Origin: a virus
Taxonomy: Duplodnaviria; Caudoviricetes
Length of the DNA stretch: 62,536 bases
Strand: one strand, 5' to 3'
Virus record (IMG/VR): IMGVR_UViG_3300017991_000116
Coordinates: 1-62,536 of that record
The notes under the pieces are model-generated. The model was not told where the DNA came from. It saw only the letters and a program-made list of their open reading frames with translations, and searched no databases. This document shows, piece after piece, positions 18,801-27,125 of the stretch (the first letter of the stretch is position 1; each line of letters opens with the position of its first letter). The position numbers were made by a program, and so were the translations under genes.

Positions 18801-20989
18801 ACGTTGGCGAGCTCGATGGCCTCGTCCCAGTTCTGGGTGCCGTGCAGTTCGTCAACAGCCTTCTGGATGATGACCTTCTGCTTGCCTGTCAGTTCGGCCG
18901 CGTTCTCGGTGAGCCACTTGATGTCCTTCTTCTTGATCGCGGACTTGACCTGCTTCGCGGTCGGCTTGTTGGCCTTCTTCTGCGCTTCGGTCTCCTTCGC
19001 GGCCTGCACCTTCGAAGTCAGGATCTTCACGAGGTTGCTAGCCTTCTGCGCGTAGGAGGCAGCAGCAGCGGGGTCGCCGCTCGTCGCCATCGCCTGACCC
19101 AGCAACGAGGCTGCTTTGACGGCGTCCTTCAACTGGTCCGTCGTCAGGGCATGTGCTTCGCCCGTGTCCACGACCATGCCCGCGAGCGTCGTCTGCTGCT
19201 CGGGGCTGAGCTCCGCGACGTTGGCCTTCAGCGCTGCCCAGTCGCCCTTCGCCAGAGCCTCGTCGAAACCTTCGTAGCCGGGGGCGACCTTCGGAGCCTC
19301 TTCGATCGGGTCGGAGAGCTCGGCCTGCTTCTGGAGGAAGTTTTCGGTCATCGCCTCGTCGAGCACGCTCACCCACTCAGGGGCGCTCGTCGCGGCACTG
19401 TCCGAGAGAATCTCGAGCAGCTTGAGGCACTGGTTCACCTCCTCCGCGTTCATGTTGTCGATGGGCAGATTCAACGGAGCGGTGTTGACGAGGCTCTTGA
19501 TCTGCGCCTTGCTGAGCGTCCCGAGCTTCGCGAGCTCCTCTGGGTCTCCGTTCGCGGCAGCTACCTCTTCGTCGGAGGGGTGCGGAACCTCGGGCTCCTT
19601 GCCGAGCTTTATCTCGAGCGCTGTGGCCTGCGAGGTATAGTACGCGGCAGCACCAGTCTGCCCCGCAGCCGTCGCCCTCTCGGCCAAGATCTTCGCTAGC
19701 TCGAGCGCTTTGCCGACGTACTCGGCAGACATCTCGTCATTGAACGCTGCCGAAACAATGTCGATAGCCTGACTCTCTTGACTCTCGGTCATGGAGGGAG
19801 CGAGCTCCTTGAGCTTCTCCCAGTCTCCGTTCTGGAACGCCCCGAACACTTCCTCGTCGGACGGAGGCGTTGGAGGAGGCGGTACGCCAATCTCCTCGAG
19901 GGACTTGTCGGACGGCACGAGCTCGTCCTCGCTGATACCCGTGGGGGTCGCCTGCGTCGCGACCTTCACCGGCTTGCCGTTCTTCATCTCGTAGACCGCG
20001 CCCGTGGTGGGATCGATCCATTGGCCTTCCTTCAGGTCGACCTCGTAGACCTCCTTGGTCTTCGGGTGCACGAACTGGTTCGGCTGGAGACCGGCTTCGT
20101 CCTGAAGCTGAAGAGCTTCGTCCTGCGTGAAGTACGAAGGCTTCACTGCCGGGTTCCAGTAGACAGGCTTGGCCTTCAGCGGCTCGGGTGTCTCCGGTTC
20201 GGCTGCCGGTTCCTCGCCGGGCTCGAGCGGAGCGTCTGGGTCACCGTCTGGACTCAGTCCCCATGGGTCGTCGGCCGGCTTCTCAGGCTCCGCCGGTTCC
20301 TCGGGCGGAGGTTCCTCGGGAGAGGGCTCCTCGCCGGGCTCCGCCGGGGGCTCTGCGGGCTCTTCAGGCTCCGCAGGCTCATCCGGTGCCGGTTCGTCGG
20401 CGGGAGGCTCCTCGGGCGGTTTCTCGTCCTCTGGCGGAGGCTCCTCGTCAGGCTTCGGCTCGGCCTTCGGCAGGTTGTCCGCACCGACAGGCTCGGGCAT
20501 CTCGGTCGGGACCGGCTCTCCAGCGGCGACTGCCTTCTGGAAGGTGTCCTGCGGCTCGACGCCCATCTCCTTGAGCTTCTTCGCCAGCATCTTGAGCTTG
20601 TTCGAAGGAATCCAAGCAGCGCCACCTTCGACGCCCATCTCCGGAACCTTGTCCTGACCAGGCATCGGCTCGAGCTGAGGGTCGGCCGAGGACGGGTCGT
20701 CGATGTCACCGATGGGCGGGTACTCGTCTGTCGTACCCTCGGGCGGGTCCATCAGAGAAGCGGCGTGCTTCTGCATGTTGTCGAGGTTGATCCAAGTCGG
20801 CTTCGCACCACCTGCCTGCTTCTTCCAGACGAGCACCTTCTTGTATTGGGTGCCGTCCTTCTTCGTGGCCGTCTTCATCCCGATGATCTTGACTTCGATC
20901 AACGGGTCGTGGACGAGCTCGTAGGCATCCAGAAGGGGAACCGACCCCTCCCAAAGAAGCAGCCCTAGCGGGCGGTACGGGAAGCCCAT
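15815..20989 (-). CDS. Giant multidomain protein: acidic Pro-rich region, helical repeats, HipA/PI3-4K-like kinase, C-terminal putative ADP-ribosyltransferase fold
   Basis: Kinase-like GGAGDK..YVD..GNKWLFK, DWLGSQHDSHGGQF, IGVDKEQGF; ART-like FVFHG...S..D..TG...HEIGFRRGI; start MGFPY after GAGGA. Confidence 0.7.
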   Translation of the reverse strand: MGFPYRPLGLLLWEGSVPLLDAYELVHDPLIEVKIIGMKTATKKDGTQYKKVLVWKKQAGGAKPTWINLDNMQKHAASLMDPPEGTTDEYPPIGDIDDPSSADPQLEPMPGQDKVPEMGVEGGAAWIPSNKLKMLAKKLKEMGVEPQDTFQKAVAAGEPVPTEMPEPVGADNLPKAEPKPDEEPPPEDEKPPEEPPADEPAPDEPAEPEEPAEPPAEPGEEPSPEEPPPEEPAEPEKPADDPWGLSPDGDPDAPLEPGEEPAAEPETPEPLKAKPVYWNPAVKPSYFTQDEALQLQDEAGLQPNQFVHPKTKEVYEVDLKEGQWIDPTTGAVYEMKNGKPVKVATQATPTGISEDELVPSDKSLEEIGVPPPPTPPSDEEVFGAFQNGDWEKLKELAPSMTESQESQAIDIVSAAFNDEMSAEYVGKALELAKILAERATAAGQTGAAAYYTSQATALEIKLGKEPEVPHPSDEEVAAANGDPEELAKLGTLSKAQIKSLVNTAPLNLPIDNMNAEEVNQCLKLLEILSDSAATSAPEWVSVLDEAMTENFLQKQAELSDPIEEAPKVAPGYEGFDEALAKGDWAALKANVAELSPEQQTTLAGMVVDTGEAHALTTDQLKDAVKAASLLGQAMATSGDPAAAASYAQKASNLVKILTSKVQAAKETEAQKKANKPTAKQVKSAIKKKDIKWLTENAAELTGKQKVIIQKAVDELHGTQNWDEAIELANVLIKAHEESPTTTSPKKIKELKKFVKQAQAEKDVAVTPSAAAVEDLPPAAPGVPEEPVATPSKKAVEKIKPPAGIPKPEELSLVGSGNFLGGAGDKRIYVDKDGNKWLFKVAQTKGGSQSKPFAAAVQQAYAEIAQIVHGGEYPVPVGVMTLGGKLGTLQPMVDRDPKQPDLGHASVESLSDEDRQTLAREHLLDWLGSQHDSHGGQFIRAANGQIIGVDKEQGFRFFPGDTLSLDYDPNHVGQPPIYNSLWKGWVEGKYDMDPMDMLEGLQAIENMSTKDYIAKLRPYAEALYPGKPEEQAKFLKAARKRKLDLRKDFEAFFTKLYRQKTGSKDGTFTFDTGWSEDTGKVSKKAPKTVKKTYKSTALMAKVAAAAGTTIKTAPYQDPATGTPQPEAGKITIKVQNGGGPAAIEKVKKMFEQLGINPDNLDDPIVGSYYTNFVVDKNAWEAASVTVDEVVSPPSPTGDAKSTPDRPRYFPDDTENIPATDNNQDLATVGSTTLGAGGRRYASDGAGLTGSGMRVTRRKDAQGTYQQISFRIRPQALPKKLVLPDTSEFVFPKASFDSSDDSWADESGHSSSYNMGRIPTRSLQTEVGEIHMCTSSTHFAYKDHVIIKLRPRPGQTEDDALRELLDTAQPGLADELLRNPKPAEKQALKQRRLLWASAPQVADLVDGKVDPNKSGVLSRLKQQLKPTAAEKAAIATADTPAIGWMKVALRRMGVTDDVLDKATTPTKVKKLMAKHSKNPKMLQKLLESTGMTPEQASGENVEEVEAFPGHTTGVEKGRGKRLREKGVRFVFHGADPNLIVSMLQNGPMGIGERDARGIPRGIGVSETADVGTGSGDNVLGYMMTESGLGHSLNSHSFAKECQLIVSTDELDRLDSYLHFGDHYGCTNPGSSSHGPVYQARDTIDRAAERQASSYHSSHEIGFRRGIRQQQILRVTTQSEHKRAAMIKKLKEAGMHEVNGVPVEDFVVVANNAGEVYEKYVQPTEVD

Positions 20990-20993
20990 CGGT

Positions 20994-21722
20994 TCAGTCC
21001 TCGTTGTCGCCGATTTCAGGATCCTGCGCCCACGGTGGGGACCACACGATGCTGTCACCTTCAAGCATCATCAGTTCCCAGGACCGCTTGGACAGTTCGG
21101 CCGCACGACGCATGACGCCGTTGGTGCGAGCGAAAACGTTCACGCTCACGGTGTCGCGGAAGTCGAGTCCCGTGTTGACCGTGACGGTGATGAACTCCTT
21201 GTGGGGGTCGCTCTGTTGCGCGGCTGCCATGCGGAATTCCTTCTGCGCGATGGAACCCACGTCGAGCATCCCCCGCACGCCGGTCTGGAGACCCTTCGCA
21301 GACTTGAGCATCGCCGCGAGAACCTGCTTCTCGCTCTGCATCGTGAGCGGCGTGGGCTTCTTGCCGAACTTGGGGGAGCTGCGCTTGGTACTGATCGAGT
21401 AGCGCTTCGCCACCTCGTACATGCTCGTACGCCCCGTGGCGAAGAACCCGTAGGCTTTGCCAGTGACCGCCACGACACCCCGGATGGCTCCGTTCACGTC
21501 GGCGTTCGCTCGCCGGGAAGTGAGGGGGTCTTCCGCTGCGGCCACACTCTCGGCCGCCCTGACGACTTTCTGGATCGCCTCGAGGTAGAGATCGCCCATC
21601 CGGACGAAGCTCCGCCAAGAGTTTGCGGTGTCGAGCAAAGGCTTGCGCATGGCGTTGCCCTCGACGAGAAGATCGGTTTCGAGCAGCTCGCGGGCTTCGA
21701 TGATGCGGCGCTGTAGACTCAT
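20994..21722 (-). CDS. Putative internal virion protein
   Basis: N-terminal IIE/LLE/LVE motifs like gp21-cleaved propeptides; upstream of the giant ORF. Confidence 0.5.
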   Translation of the reverse strand: MSLQRRIIEARELLETDLLVEGNAMRKPLLDTANSWRSFVRMGDLYLEAIQKVVRAAESVAAAEDPLTSRRANADVNGAIRGVVAVTGKAYGFFATGRTSMYEVAKRYSISTKRSSPKFGKKPTPLTMQSEKQVLAAMLKSAKGLQTGVRGMLDVGSIAQKEFRMAAAQQSDPHKEFITVTVNTGLDFRDTVSVNVFARTNGVMRRAAELSKRSWELMMLEGDSIVWSPPWAQDPEIGDNED

Positions 21723-21744
21723 GAGGTACCTCCGACTCCTTACC

Positions 21745-21773
21745 GTTCTACCAGAAGCCGGGGGTTGTGTCAG
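21745..21773 (-). promoter_or_regulatory. Sigma70-like promoter
   Basis: CTGACA-17-TAGAAC with extended -10 TG. Confidence 0.45.
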
Positions 21774-22582
21774 CCAACCGCCTCGGAGTCACCCTCGAGC
21801 TCTTCCTTCTCGCGGGCTTCGGCTTCCTTCACCCAACGCTCCGTCACCTTGCCAATCACTTCGTTGACGTCGTGCCCCCATTCTCGGGCAAACTTGAGGA
21901 CGCGATCAACCGCCTTCTTGGTCTTCTTGCTCAAGGCGACGTAGACGTGCTCCTTGCCGCCGTAGGAGAAGACCATGAACGAGTACTCCATCGTGTCGCC
22001 GTGCTCGTTGAACATCTTGTTCAGGATCGTCCCTAGATCGTCCAGGGTCTTGGCCTCGCCCACGGCATCACTGATCTTGTCCTGCGTCTGCTTCGGGAGC
22101 CCAGTGGCCTTGATACCCTTCTGGACCTGGTGCACGAGCTTCTTCCAACCGTCCAGGTCGGTGAAGGCGAACATGCGACGCAGCGGCTTCTCGCCGTACT
22201 TGGTCGCCATCTCGCGGTACAGCGCCGCCAACTTGTCAGGGTTGGGCTTGCCGTGCAGGGAGTTGAGACGGACCGTGACGAACTTCTGAAGGTCTTCGTC
22301 TTGCCACCGAGCGTCCGACAGGATGACGCAAGGAAGCGACTCGTAGCCGAGCGTCTTGGCGGCTTCGTAGCGGTGGGCCCCGCCGAGGATGCGGTAGGAC
22401 CCGTCCACCATGGGAACGATGTGAAGGGGCTCTATGAAGCCGTTCTCCTTGATCTCGGAGACGAGCCACGCGAACTCCTCACTCGTCATCTCGTTCGCGT
22501 TCCACGCGTTCTTCTCGATGAGGTCGAGGTCGACGCTCATCACGGTGGGGGTTTCCGGCACGCCCTGTGGAGAGTCGGTCAT
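21770..22582 (-). CDS. ParB/Sulfiredoxin N-terminal domain protein
   Basis: NAWNANEM, IKENGFIEP, YRILGGAHRYEAA. Confidence 0.85.
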   Translation of the reverse strand: MTDSPQGVPETPTVMSVDLDLIEKNAWNANEMTSEEFAWLVSEIKENGFIEPLHIVPMVDGSYRILGGAHRYEAAKTLGYESLPCVILSDARWQDEDLQKFVTVRLNSLHGKPNPDKLAALYREMATKYGEKPLRRMFAFTDLDGWKKLVHQVQKGIKATGLPKQTQDKISDAVGEAKTLDDLGTILNKMFNEHGDTMEYSFMVFSYGGKEHVYVALSKKTKKAVDRVLKFAREWGHDVNEVIGKVTERWVKEAEAREKEELEGDSEAVG

Positions 22583-22800
22583 TGCGATGTCAGGGCCTCC
22601 ACCAACGTGTCGCACTTGCCCGAAACGATTTGGAGCTCACCAACGAATTCACGGAGGAAGCTCTCGAGCGCCTCGGGGTCCTGCGCCGGGATCGACACAC
22701 CGGGGATGCCGACCTCCACTCGCTCCTGCCACTTCTTGAGGATGGCGATGCCCGTCTCGAGCTCGTTGTGCATCACTTCGGGGGACACAGGAAGGTTCAT
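22579..22800 (-). CDS. Hypothetical protein
   Basis: ATGA-coupled on both sides. Confidence 0.55.
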   Translation of the reverse strand: MNLPVSPEVMHNELETGIAILKKWQERVEVGIPGVSIPAQDPEALESFLREFVGELQIVSGKCDTLVEALTSQ

Positions 22801-23711
22801 TCGTCGTCTCCTGCCATGTCTTGGAGGGTGTTCAGTCCGAACACGCATTCGCCCTTCTTGAAGGCCACGAGACGGATGCCCAGGAGCTGCTCGAACTTGC
22901 CGAGGTAGCGCTGGATCATCTTGGGGTCGGCCTTCTTGCCGAAGTCGTTCGTCGCGAGGAAGTCCAAAGCGATGAGGCTAAGGTTGTTGCTCTTGACGTC
23001 CGACTCCGACAGTTCCTCGGCGCGCTCGAGCGCCGCATCGACGTTGGCGATCTGCTCGCCGAAGCAGTAGAAGTGGAACGCCTTGGCCTCCTCGACTTCG
23101 GGAAGCATGTCCACGTTGGCGAGCTCGTCTTCCTCGTCTTCGTCGAGCTCGTCTTCCTCGTCGTCCACTTCCAAGTCGTTGCCTTCCTCGTCAGTCACGG
23201 GGTGCAGCTTCTTAGGCTTCACCGCCGCTTCCTTCTTGTCGAGTGCTTTCCCGATGGCGTGCAGGAGCTGCGGGTAGCTCGACTTCTCGGCAAGGTCCAA
23301 CCACTTGTTGACCGTCTTCTTGTCGGCCTTCTGGAACCAGATGCGGGTGAGCTCGCGGAGCTTCGACCAGCCGAGCGAGACGATGCGCTGCTTCGTCTCG
23401 GGGTCAATGCCTGCCAGGTGCACGCTGAGCATCTGACCGATGTTGCGGAGCCGCTCGGCCTTGCGCCGATGCATGCCGAGCTCCTTCTCGACGTAGTCGC
23501 CGAAGCTATCGTAGCCCCACGACTGGTAGATGGCGCACTTGCGGGGGTCGCCGTTCACCGGGGTGTTGTAGGCGTCCCACAGAATCTGCCCCATCTCGAC
23601 GTAGCCGGTGTCCAGGGTCTTCGCCAGTTCGGAAGCGCGCTTGCGCATCTTGCTCGCCCACTTCGCCGAACCTGGTGAAATGCTCGTAACCGTCGCTGTG
23701 CTGCCCATCAC
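22797..23711 (-). CDS. Hypothetical DNA-binding protein
   Basis: YQSWGYDSFGDYVEKELGMHRRKAERL HTH-like segment; acidic linker. Confidence 0.55.
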   Translation of the reverse strand: MMGSTATVTSISPGSAKWASKMRKRASELAKTLDTGYVEMGQILWDAYNTPVNGDPRKCAIYQSWGYDSFGDYVEKELGMHRRKAERLRNIGQMLSVHLAGIDPETKQRIVSLGWSKLRELTRIWFQKADKKTVNKWLDLAEKSSYPQLLHAIGKALDKKEAAVKPKKLHPVTDEEGNDLEVDDEEDELDEDEEDELANVDMLPEVEEAKAFHFYCFGEQIANVDAALERAEELSESDVKSNNLSLIALDFLATNDFGKKADPKMIQRYLGKFEQLLGIRLVAFKKGECVFGLNTLQDMAGDDE

Positions 23712-23722
23712 TGCTCCTTCAG

Positions 23723-24022
23723 TCAGCGGAAGATCAACTCCCTCGCTCGAATCTCTGTCAGCTCACCAGCCGCCCCCTCGCGGTTCATGAGCTCGCCCTC
23801 GATGAACACGTACGCTCCTTTGCGCAAGTACGCACGACACGTGTCCACCAACCCTTCTCCGTACGCGTTCACCTTCACCCAGGTGGTCACGACACCATCA
23901 CGGATGTGCTTGTCAGACGCGAGAATGAACGTACACACCGGGACCTGCTTGGTCGTCTTGGCGTATTCGATCTTGGCTGTCACGTCTCCTGAAATGACCA
24001 CCCGATTGATGGCTCGCGTCAT
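23723..24022 (-). CDS. ssb: Single-stranded DNA-binding protein (bacterial-type OB fold, no acidic tail)
   Basis: INRVVISGDV...TTWVKVNAYG...YLRKGAYVFIEGEL. Confidence 0.85.
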   Translation of the reverse strand: MTRAINRVVISGDVTAKIEYAKTTKQVPVCTFILASDKHIRDGVVTTWVKVNAYGEGLVDTCRAYLRKGAYVFIEGELMNREGAAGELTEIRARELIFR

Positions 24023-24579
24023 CCTGCTCTCCGTATGGCCCGCAACACGTCCGAATTCAGACATGCTAGCACGGAGGCGACCGCGTCGTACGCGTGTTCG
24101 TGCATCCCTTTCGGCAACCCCTGCGCCAGAAGCTCCTCAGAGAATTGGCGTCCGCACTTGGCGCAGACAGCAGCGGCGACGTCCTCCTTCGTAGCGGTAC
24201 CCACACCGGCCACCGCGATCTTGATCTCCTTCGGCGTGGCCTGCACGATGGGCAGGTCGTTCATCTCGGCGAGGGTCGCGACGATGCCCCAGCACATCGC
24301 CATCTTCGCAGCGGCGGCGGAGTTCCTGGGAAAACTCATGGACTCGGCGACGATGGCCTGGGCATTCGAAGCCAACGGGTAGAGCGCGCGGATGAGCTCC
24401 TGCGCTCGGCGTAGGTTGTCGTCGGCCGCCAACACCTTGCGCTTCTTGTCGGCCTTCGCAGTCCGCAGGGTGCCCAACGACCGCACGTCCACGAAGGGAG
24501 CGCCATCCTTGCGAGTAAGGTCCACGAGGGCGTAGCCGCACGTGGCGAATCCGGGGTCCAGTCCGAGAACACGGGCCAT
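24019..24579 (-). CDS. ruvC: RuvC-like Holliday junction resolvase
   Basis: VLGLDPGFATCGY, AES, PKEIKIAVAG...ATKEDV, HAYDAVA. Confidence 0.9.
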   Translation of the reverse strand: MARVLGLDPGFATCGYALVDLTRKDGAPFVDVRSLGTLRTAKADKKRKVLAADDNLRRAQELIRALYPLASNAQAIVAESMSFPRNSAAAAKMAMCWGIVATLAEMNDLPIVQATPKEIKIAVAGVGTATKEDVAAAVCAKCGRQFSEELLAQGLPKGMHEHAYDAVASVLACLNSDVLRAIRRAG

Positions 24580-24580
24580 G

Positions 24581-24988
24581 TCAGTCCTTCTTTCGCTTGT
24601 CCAAGTTCAAACGTCGGATGCCCAAGCCTTTCGGGAGCGGCGGCTCGCCCACCTTCTCCTGCATCTTGAACATCCTCGAGGTGAGCGCGATGGAAGCCAT
24701 GATGCGGTTGGCATCCTGGGGGTTCGTCAGGCGCCCCTCGTCGTCTTTGGAAAACTCCTCCCCAGCCTCAGCCTCGACCGCAGTCACGAGCTCGAGGAGC
24801 TGGGCAGTTCGGTTGCGCCCCCAGTTGGACTCGTACATGAAGCACAACGAGCAGATGGCGTGCCGATCCTCGTGCAGTCCTCCGAGCTCCCACACCGCCT
24901 GGCGCTTGTCGCACTTGGCGCACGCCGTGTTGAGCATCGGCTTGGGCAGCGGACGGAGGAACCGGGGGTCAATCAGAATCGGCTTCAT
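24581..24988 (-). CDS. Hypothetical zinc-binding protein
   Basis: CAKC...CSLC. Confidence 0.55.
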   Translation of the reverse strand: MKPILIDPRFLRPLPKPMLNTACAKCDKRQAVWELGGLHEDRHAICSLCFMYESNWGRNRTAQLLELVTAVEAEAGEEFSKDDEGRLTNPQDANRIMASIALTSRMFKMQEKVGEPPLPKGLGIRRLNLDKRKKD

Positions 24989-25424
24989 GCTCGTGCTCCA
25001 AGTGCTTGACGATCTCGACTCCGCCCATCTCGAGCATCTCGAAAACGACAGCCGCGTCCGTGTTGTCCCGAGCGTACGTCTCCTCGTACACGATGCGGGT
25101 GATTCCTGCCGTGATGATGGCCTTCACGCAGTCCTTGCAGGGGGTGAACCGGCAGTAGAGCGTCGCGCCTCTCAGGTCCCTGTTGAGGGCCGACACGATG
25201 GCATTGATCTCACTGTGCACGATGTACGGATACTTGCCCGGCCGGGTCCGTGGGAGTTTCCCATCGGGGAAGCCGGGCGGGAACCCGTTGTACCCCGTGC
25301 TCAGGATGCGCTTGTCGGGGGAGACGATGACGCACCCGACCTGCGTGTCCTCGTCGTGACTTCGCTGCGCCACCACCTTCGCGATGCGCATGAAGTAGGT
25401 GTCCCAGTCAGGTCGAACTCTCAT
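24969..25424 (-). CDS. dCMP deaminase
   Basis: RPDWDTYFM, TGYNG, HSEINAI, PCKDC. Confidence 0.93.
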   Translation of the reverse strand: MRVRPDWDTYFMRIAKVVAQRSHDEDTQVGCVIVSPDKRILSTGYNGFPPGFPDGKLPRTRPGKYPYIVHSEINAIVSALNRDLRGATLYCRFTPCKDCVKAIITAGITRIVYEETYARDNTDAAVVFEMLEMGGVEIVKHLEHEHEADSD

Positions 25425-26283
25425 CGTCTTGCTCCTCGAAACACTCGTTGACGAGAGGGCACTCTTCGGCGCGCTTGCAGTCGGGGGACGTGCAGATGCG
25501 CTCGGGCAGTTCGCCCGTCTCGATGCCCTCCCAGATGCTCATCGTCATGGTCTTGAGGGACTCCACGGTGTCCTCGTCGTAGGACATGTAGTGCTCGACG
25601 AGCGCGTTGATGCCGTAGACCCCCTTGACCCAGTACAGGATGATGCCCCACTGGCAACCCGTGAGCCACATGTACGTCTGGCACTGCACCGCGTGGGCGA
25701 AGTCGGGCACGTCTTTGATCTCGGGCGCGCGGCGAGGGGAGATGCTCTTGACCTCGAGCACACCAAGCCCCTTGTCCTCGGGTAGACCGAGAGCCAGCGG
25801 ATCCAAGAACCCGTCGTTGTGTCCGGTCAGACGGTACGCCTCGTTGATCCAGAACTGCTCCTCGTACTGGTACTCTTCCCCCTTGCAGACCTCGCACGGA
25901 CTCTCTGGCCGAAGAACCTGAAACTCTTCCTCGACGACGCCGAAGTTGCCGGCAGTGTTGCCGCCGTACCGCTTGCCGCACTTGGTGCAGAACCACTTCC
26001 CACGGAGCGCCCCGACCTTCGGCAGGATGATGTTCTGCAACGCGTAGTGTAGACCGCTGCCATGATCGAAAGTCAGAAGAAGGTTCGTGTCGATGACGTC
26101 AGGGAGCTCGATGTCGTGCTTCGACGCCAACACCATCGCTCGAGCACACGTGTACGGGAGAGAGCTCGCCCGCATCGTGTCCTTGAGGGTCAGGGGCTTG
26201 GCGACGCCGACGCGCCTGTACTCCCCCTGTATGAGCTTACGAAGAGACGGAACAAATGCGCGAGTAACTGCCCTGCGAGCCAT
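25408..26283 (-). CDS. Cas4-like PD-(D/E)XK exonuclease
   Basis: SSLPYTCAR, GHNDG, LEVKS, QCQTY, C-terminal Cys cluster. Confidence 0.8.
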   Translation of the reverse strand: MARRAVTRAFVPSLRKLIQGEYRRVGVAKPLTLKDTMRASSLPYTCARAMVLASKHDIELPDVIDTNLLLTFDHGSGLHYALQNIILPKVGALRGKWFCTKCGKRYGGNTAGNFGVVEEEFQVLRPESPCEVCKGEEYQYEEQFWINEAYRLTGHNDGFLDPLALGLPEDKGLGVLEVKSISPRRAPEIKDVPDFAHAVQCQTYMWLTGCQWGIILYWVKGVYGINALVEHYMSYDEDTVESLKTMTMSIWEGIETGELPERICTSPDCKRAEECPLVNECFEEQDDESST

Positions 26284-26546
26284 CGTCCTTTACCTTGCCT
26301 TTTCCGCACGTCCAAAGAAATCGCAATCAGTCGTCGCTCGACCTCCCCGAGCATCGTTTCCGCCTCTGCCGAGGTGACTTCGACGCCGCACCGGGGACAC
26401 TCCATCCATTTACCGTGAGCGGCCCACTCAAGCAAGACGTCGCATGCTCTGCACTCCAAACCCCAGTAGGACCGCTCGGACACGAAGCGCACGTGACTGT
26501 CCGCGTCCATCTTCAGGAAGGGTCGTAGTCGTTGCAGATCCGACAT
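26190..26546 (-). CDS. Zinc-finger hypothetical protein
   Basis: CRAC...CPRC; start MSDLQR. Confidence 0.5.
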   Translation of the reverse strand: MSDLQRLRPFLKMDADSHVRFVSERSYWGLECRACDVLLEWAAHGKWMECPRCGVEVTSAEAETMLGEVERRLIAISLDVRKRQGKGRWLAGQLLAHLFRLFVSSYRGSTGASASPSP

Positions 26547-26719
26547 CAGTGCACCTCGCCCTTCGGGGGGACCTTTCGCCCTTCCCGCTTCGCGCGCCAC
26601 TCCGGGTCGCCGTTCGTGTAGCCCTCCCAATACGCGTCCTCGAGCGCCTTGCGCAGAAGCGGGTCGGTGGTGAAGTCCGCGAGCTGCCAGTACAGGAAGC
26701 GCAGACCTTTCCTGATCAT
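26546..26719 (-). CDS. Hypothetical protein
   Basis: Short coupled ORF. Confidence 0.45.
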   Translation of the reverse strand: MIRKGLRFLYWQLADFTTDPLLRKALEDAYWEGYTNGDPEWRAKREGRKVPPKGEVH

Positions 26720-27123
26720 TTCTCGAGCCCGCATGCCTTCAGCAGCCTTTCGAAAACCTCCATCGGTACCACGGCGTAGTCTTCGCTGGTGCGGCCCGCG
26801 TTGCTGTCGAACGTGACGATGAGCATGGGGTCCTTGGCTACACGCTGCGCGCCGTCACGCACCCTGTCAAGCCACTCCTTCTTCAGTCCGATGGACTTCT
26901 TGTCCGTGAACTTGTGCTCGATGTGGAATTCGGGAGTCGAGATGTCTCCCTGGTCCGTCGTCTTGTCGTGCTTCGACCAACGGGCGGCGCCCGACCGCTT
27001 GATGCGCTTGCCGCTCGTGCCGGCCAGACGTTGCTCGTGCCGGCGCGAACGCTTCGTGCGCTCCGACCGATCCCGGTCCGAGTCAAGAAGCGGAGGGACA
27101 GGCTTCTTGACCTCGTCCGACAT
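26716..27123 (-). CDS. Hjc-like PD-(D/E)XK resolvase/nuclease
   Basis: HEQRLA...SGA...GDI...IEHKFT. Confidence 0.7.
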   Translation of the reverse strand: MSDEVKKPVPPLLDSDRDRSERTKRSRRHEQRLAGTSGKRIKRSGAARWSKHDKTTDQGDISTPEFHIEHKFTDKKSIGLKKEWLDRVRDGAQRVAKDPMLIVTFDSNAGRTSEDYAVVPMEVFERLLKACGLEK

Positions 27124-27125
27124 CG

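Noticed and set aside
17537-19699. Long plus-strand ORFs such as this 720-aa frame, 12709-14250 and 2265-3539
   Set aside because: Antisense shadows of real genes caused by GC-rich codon bias; no motifs or RBS.
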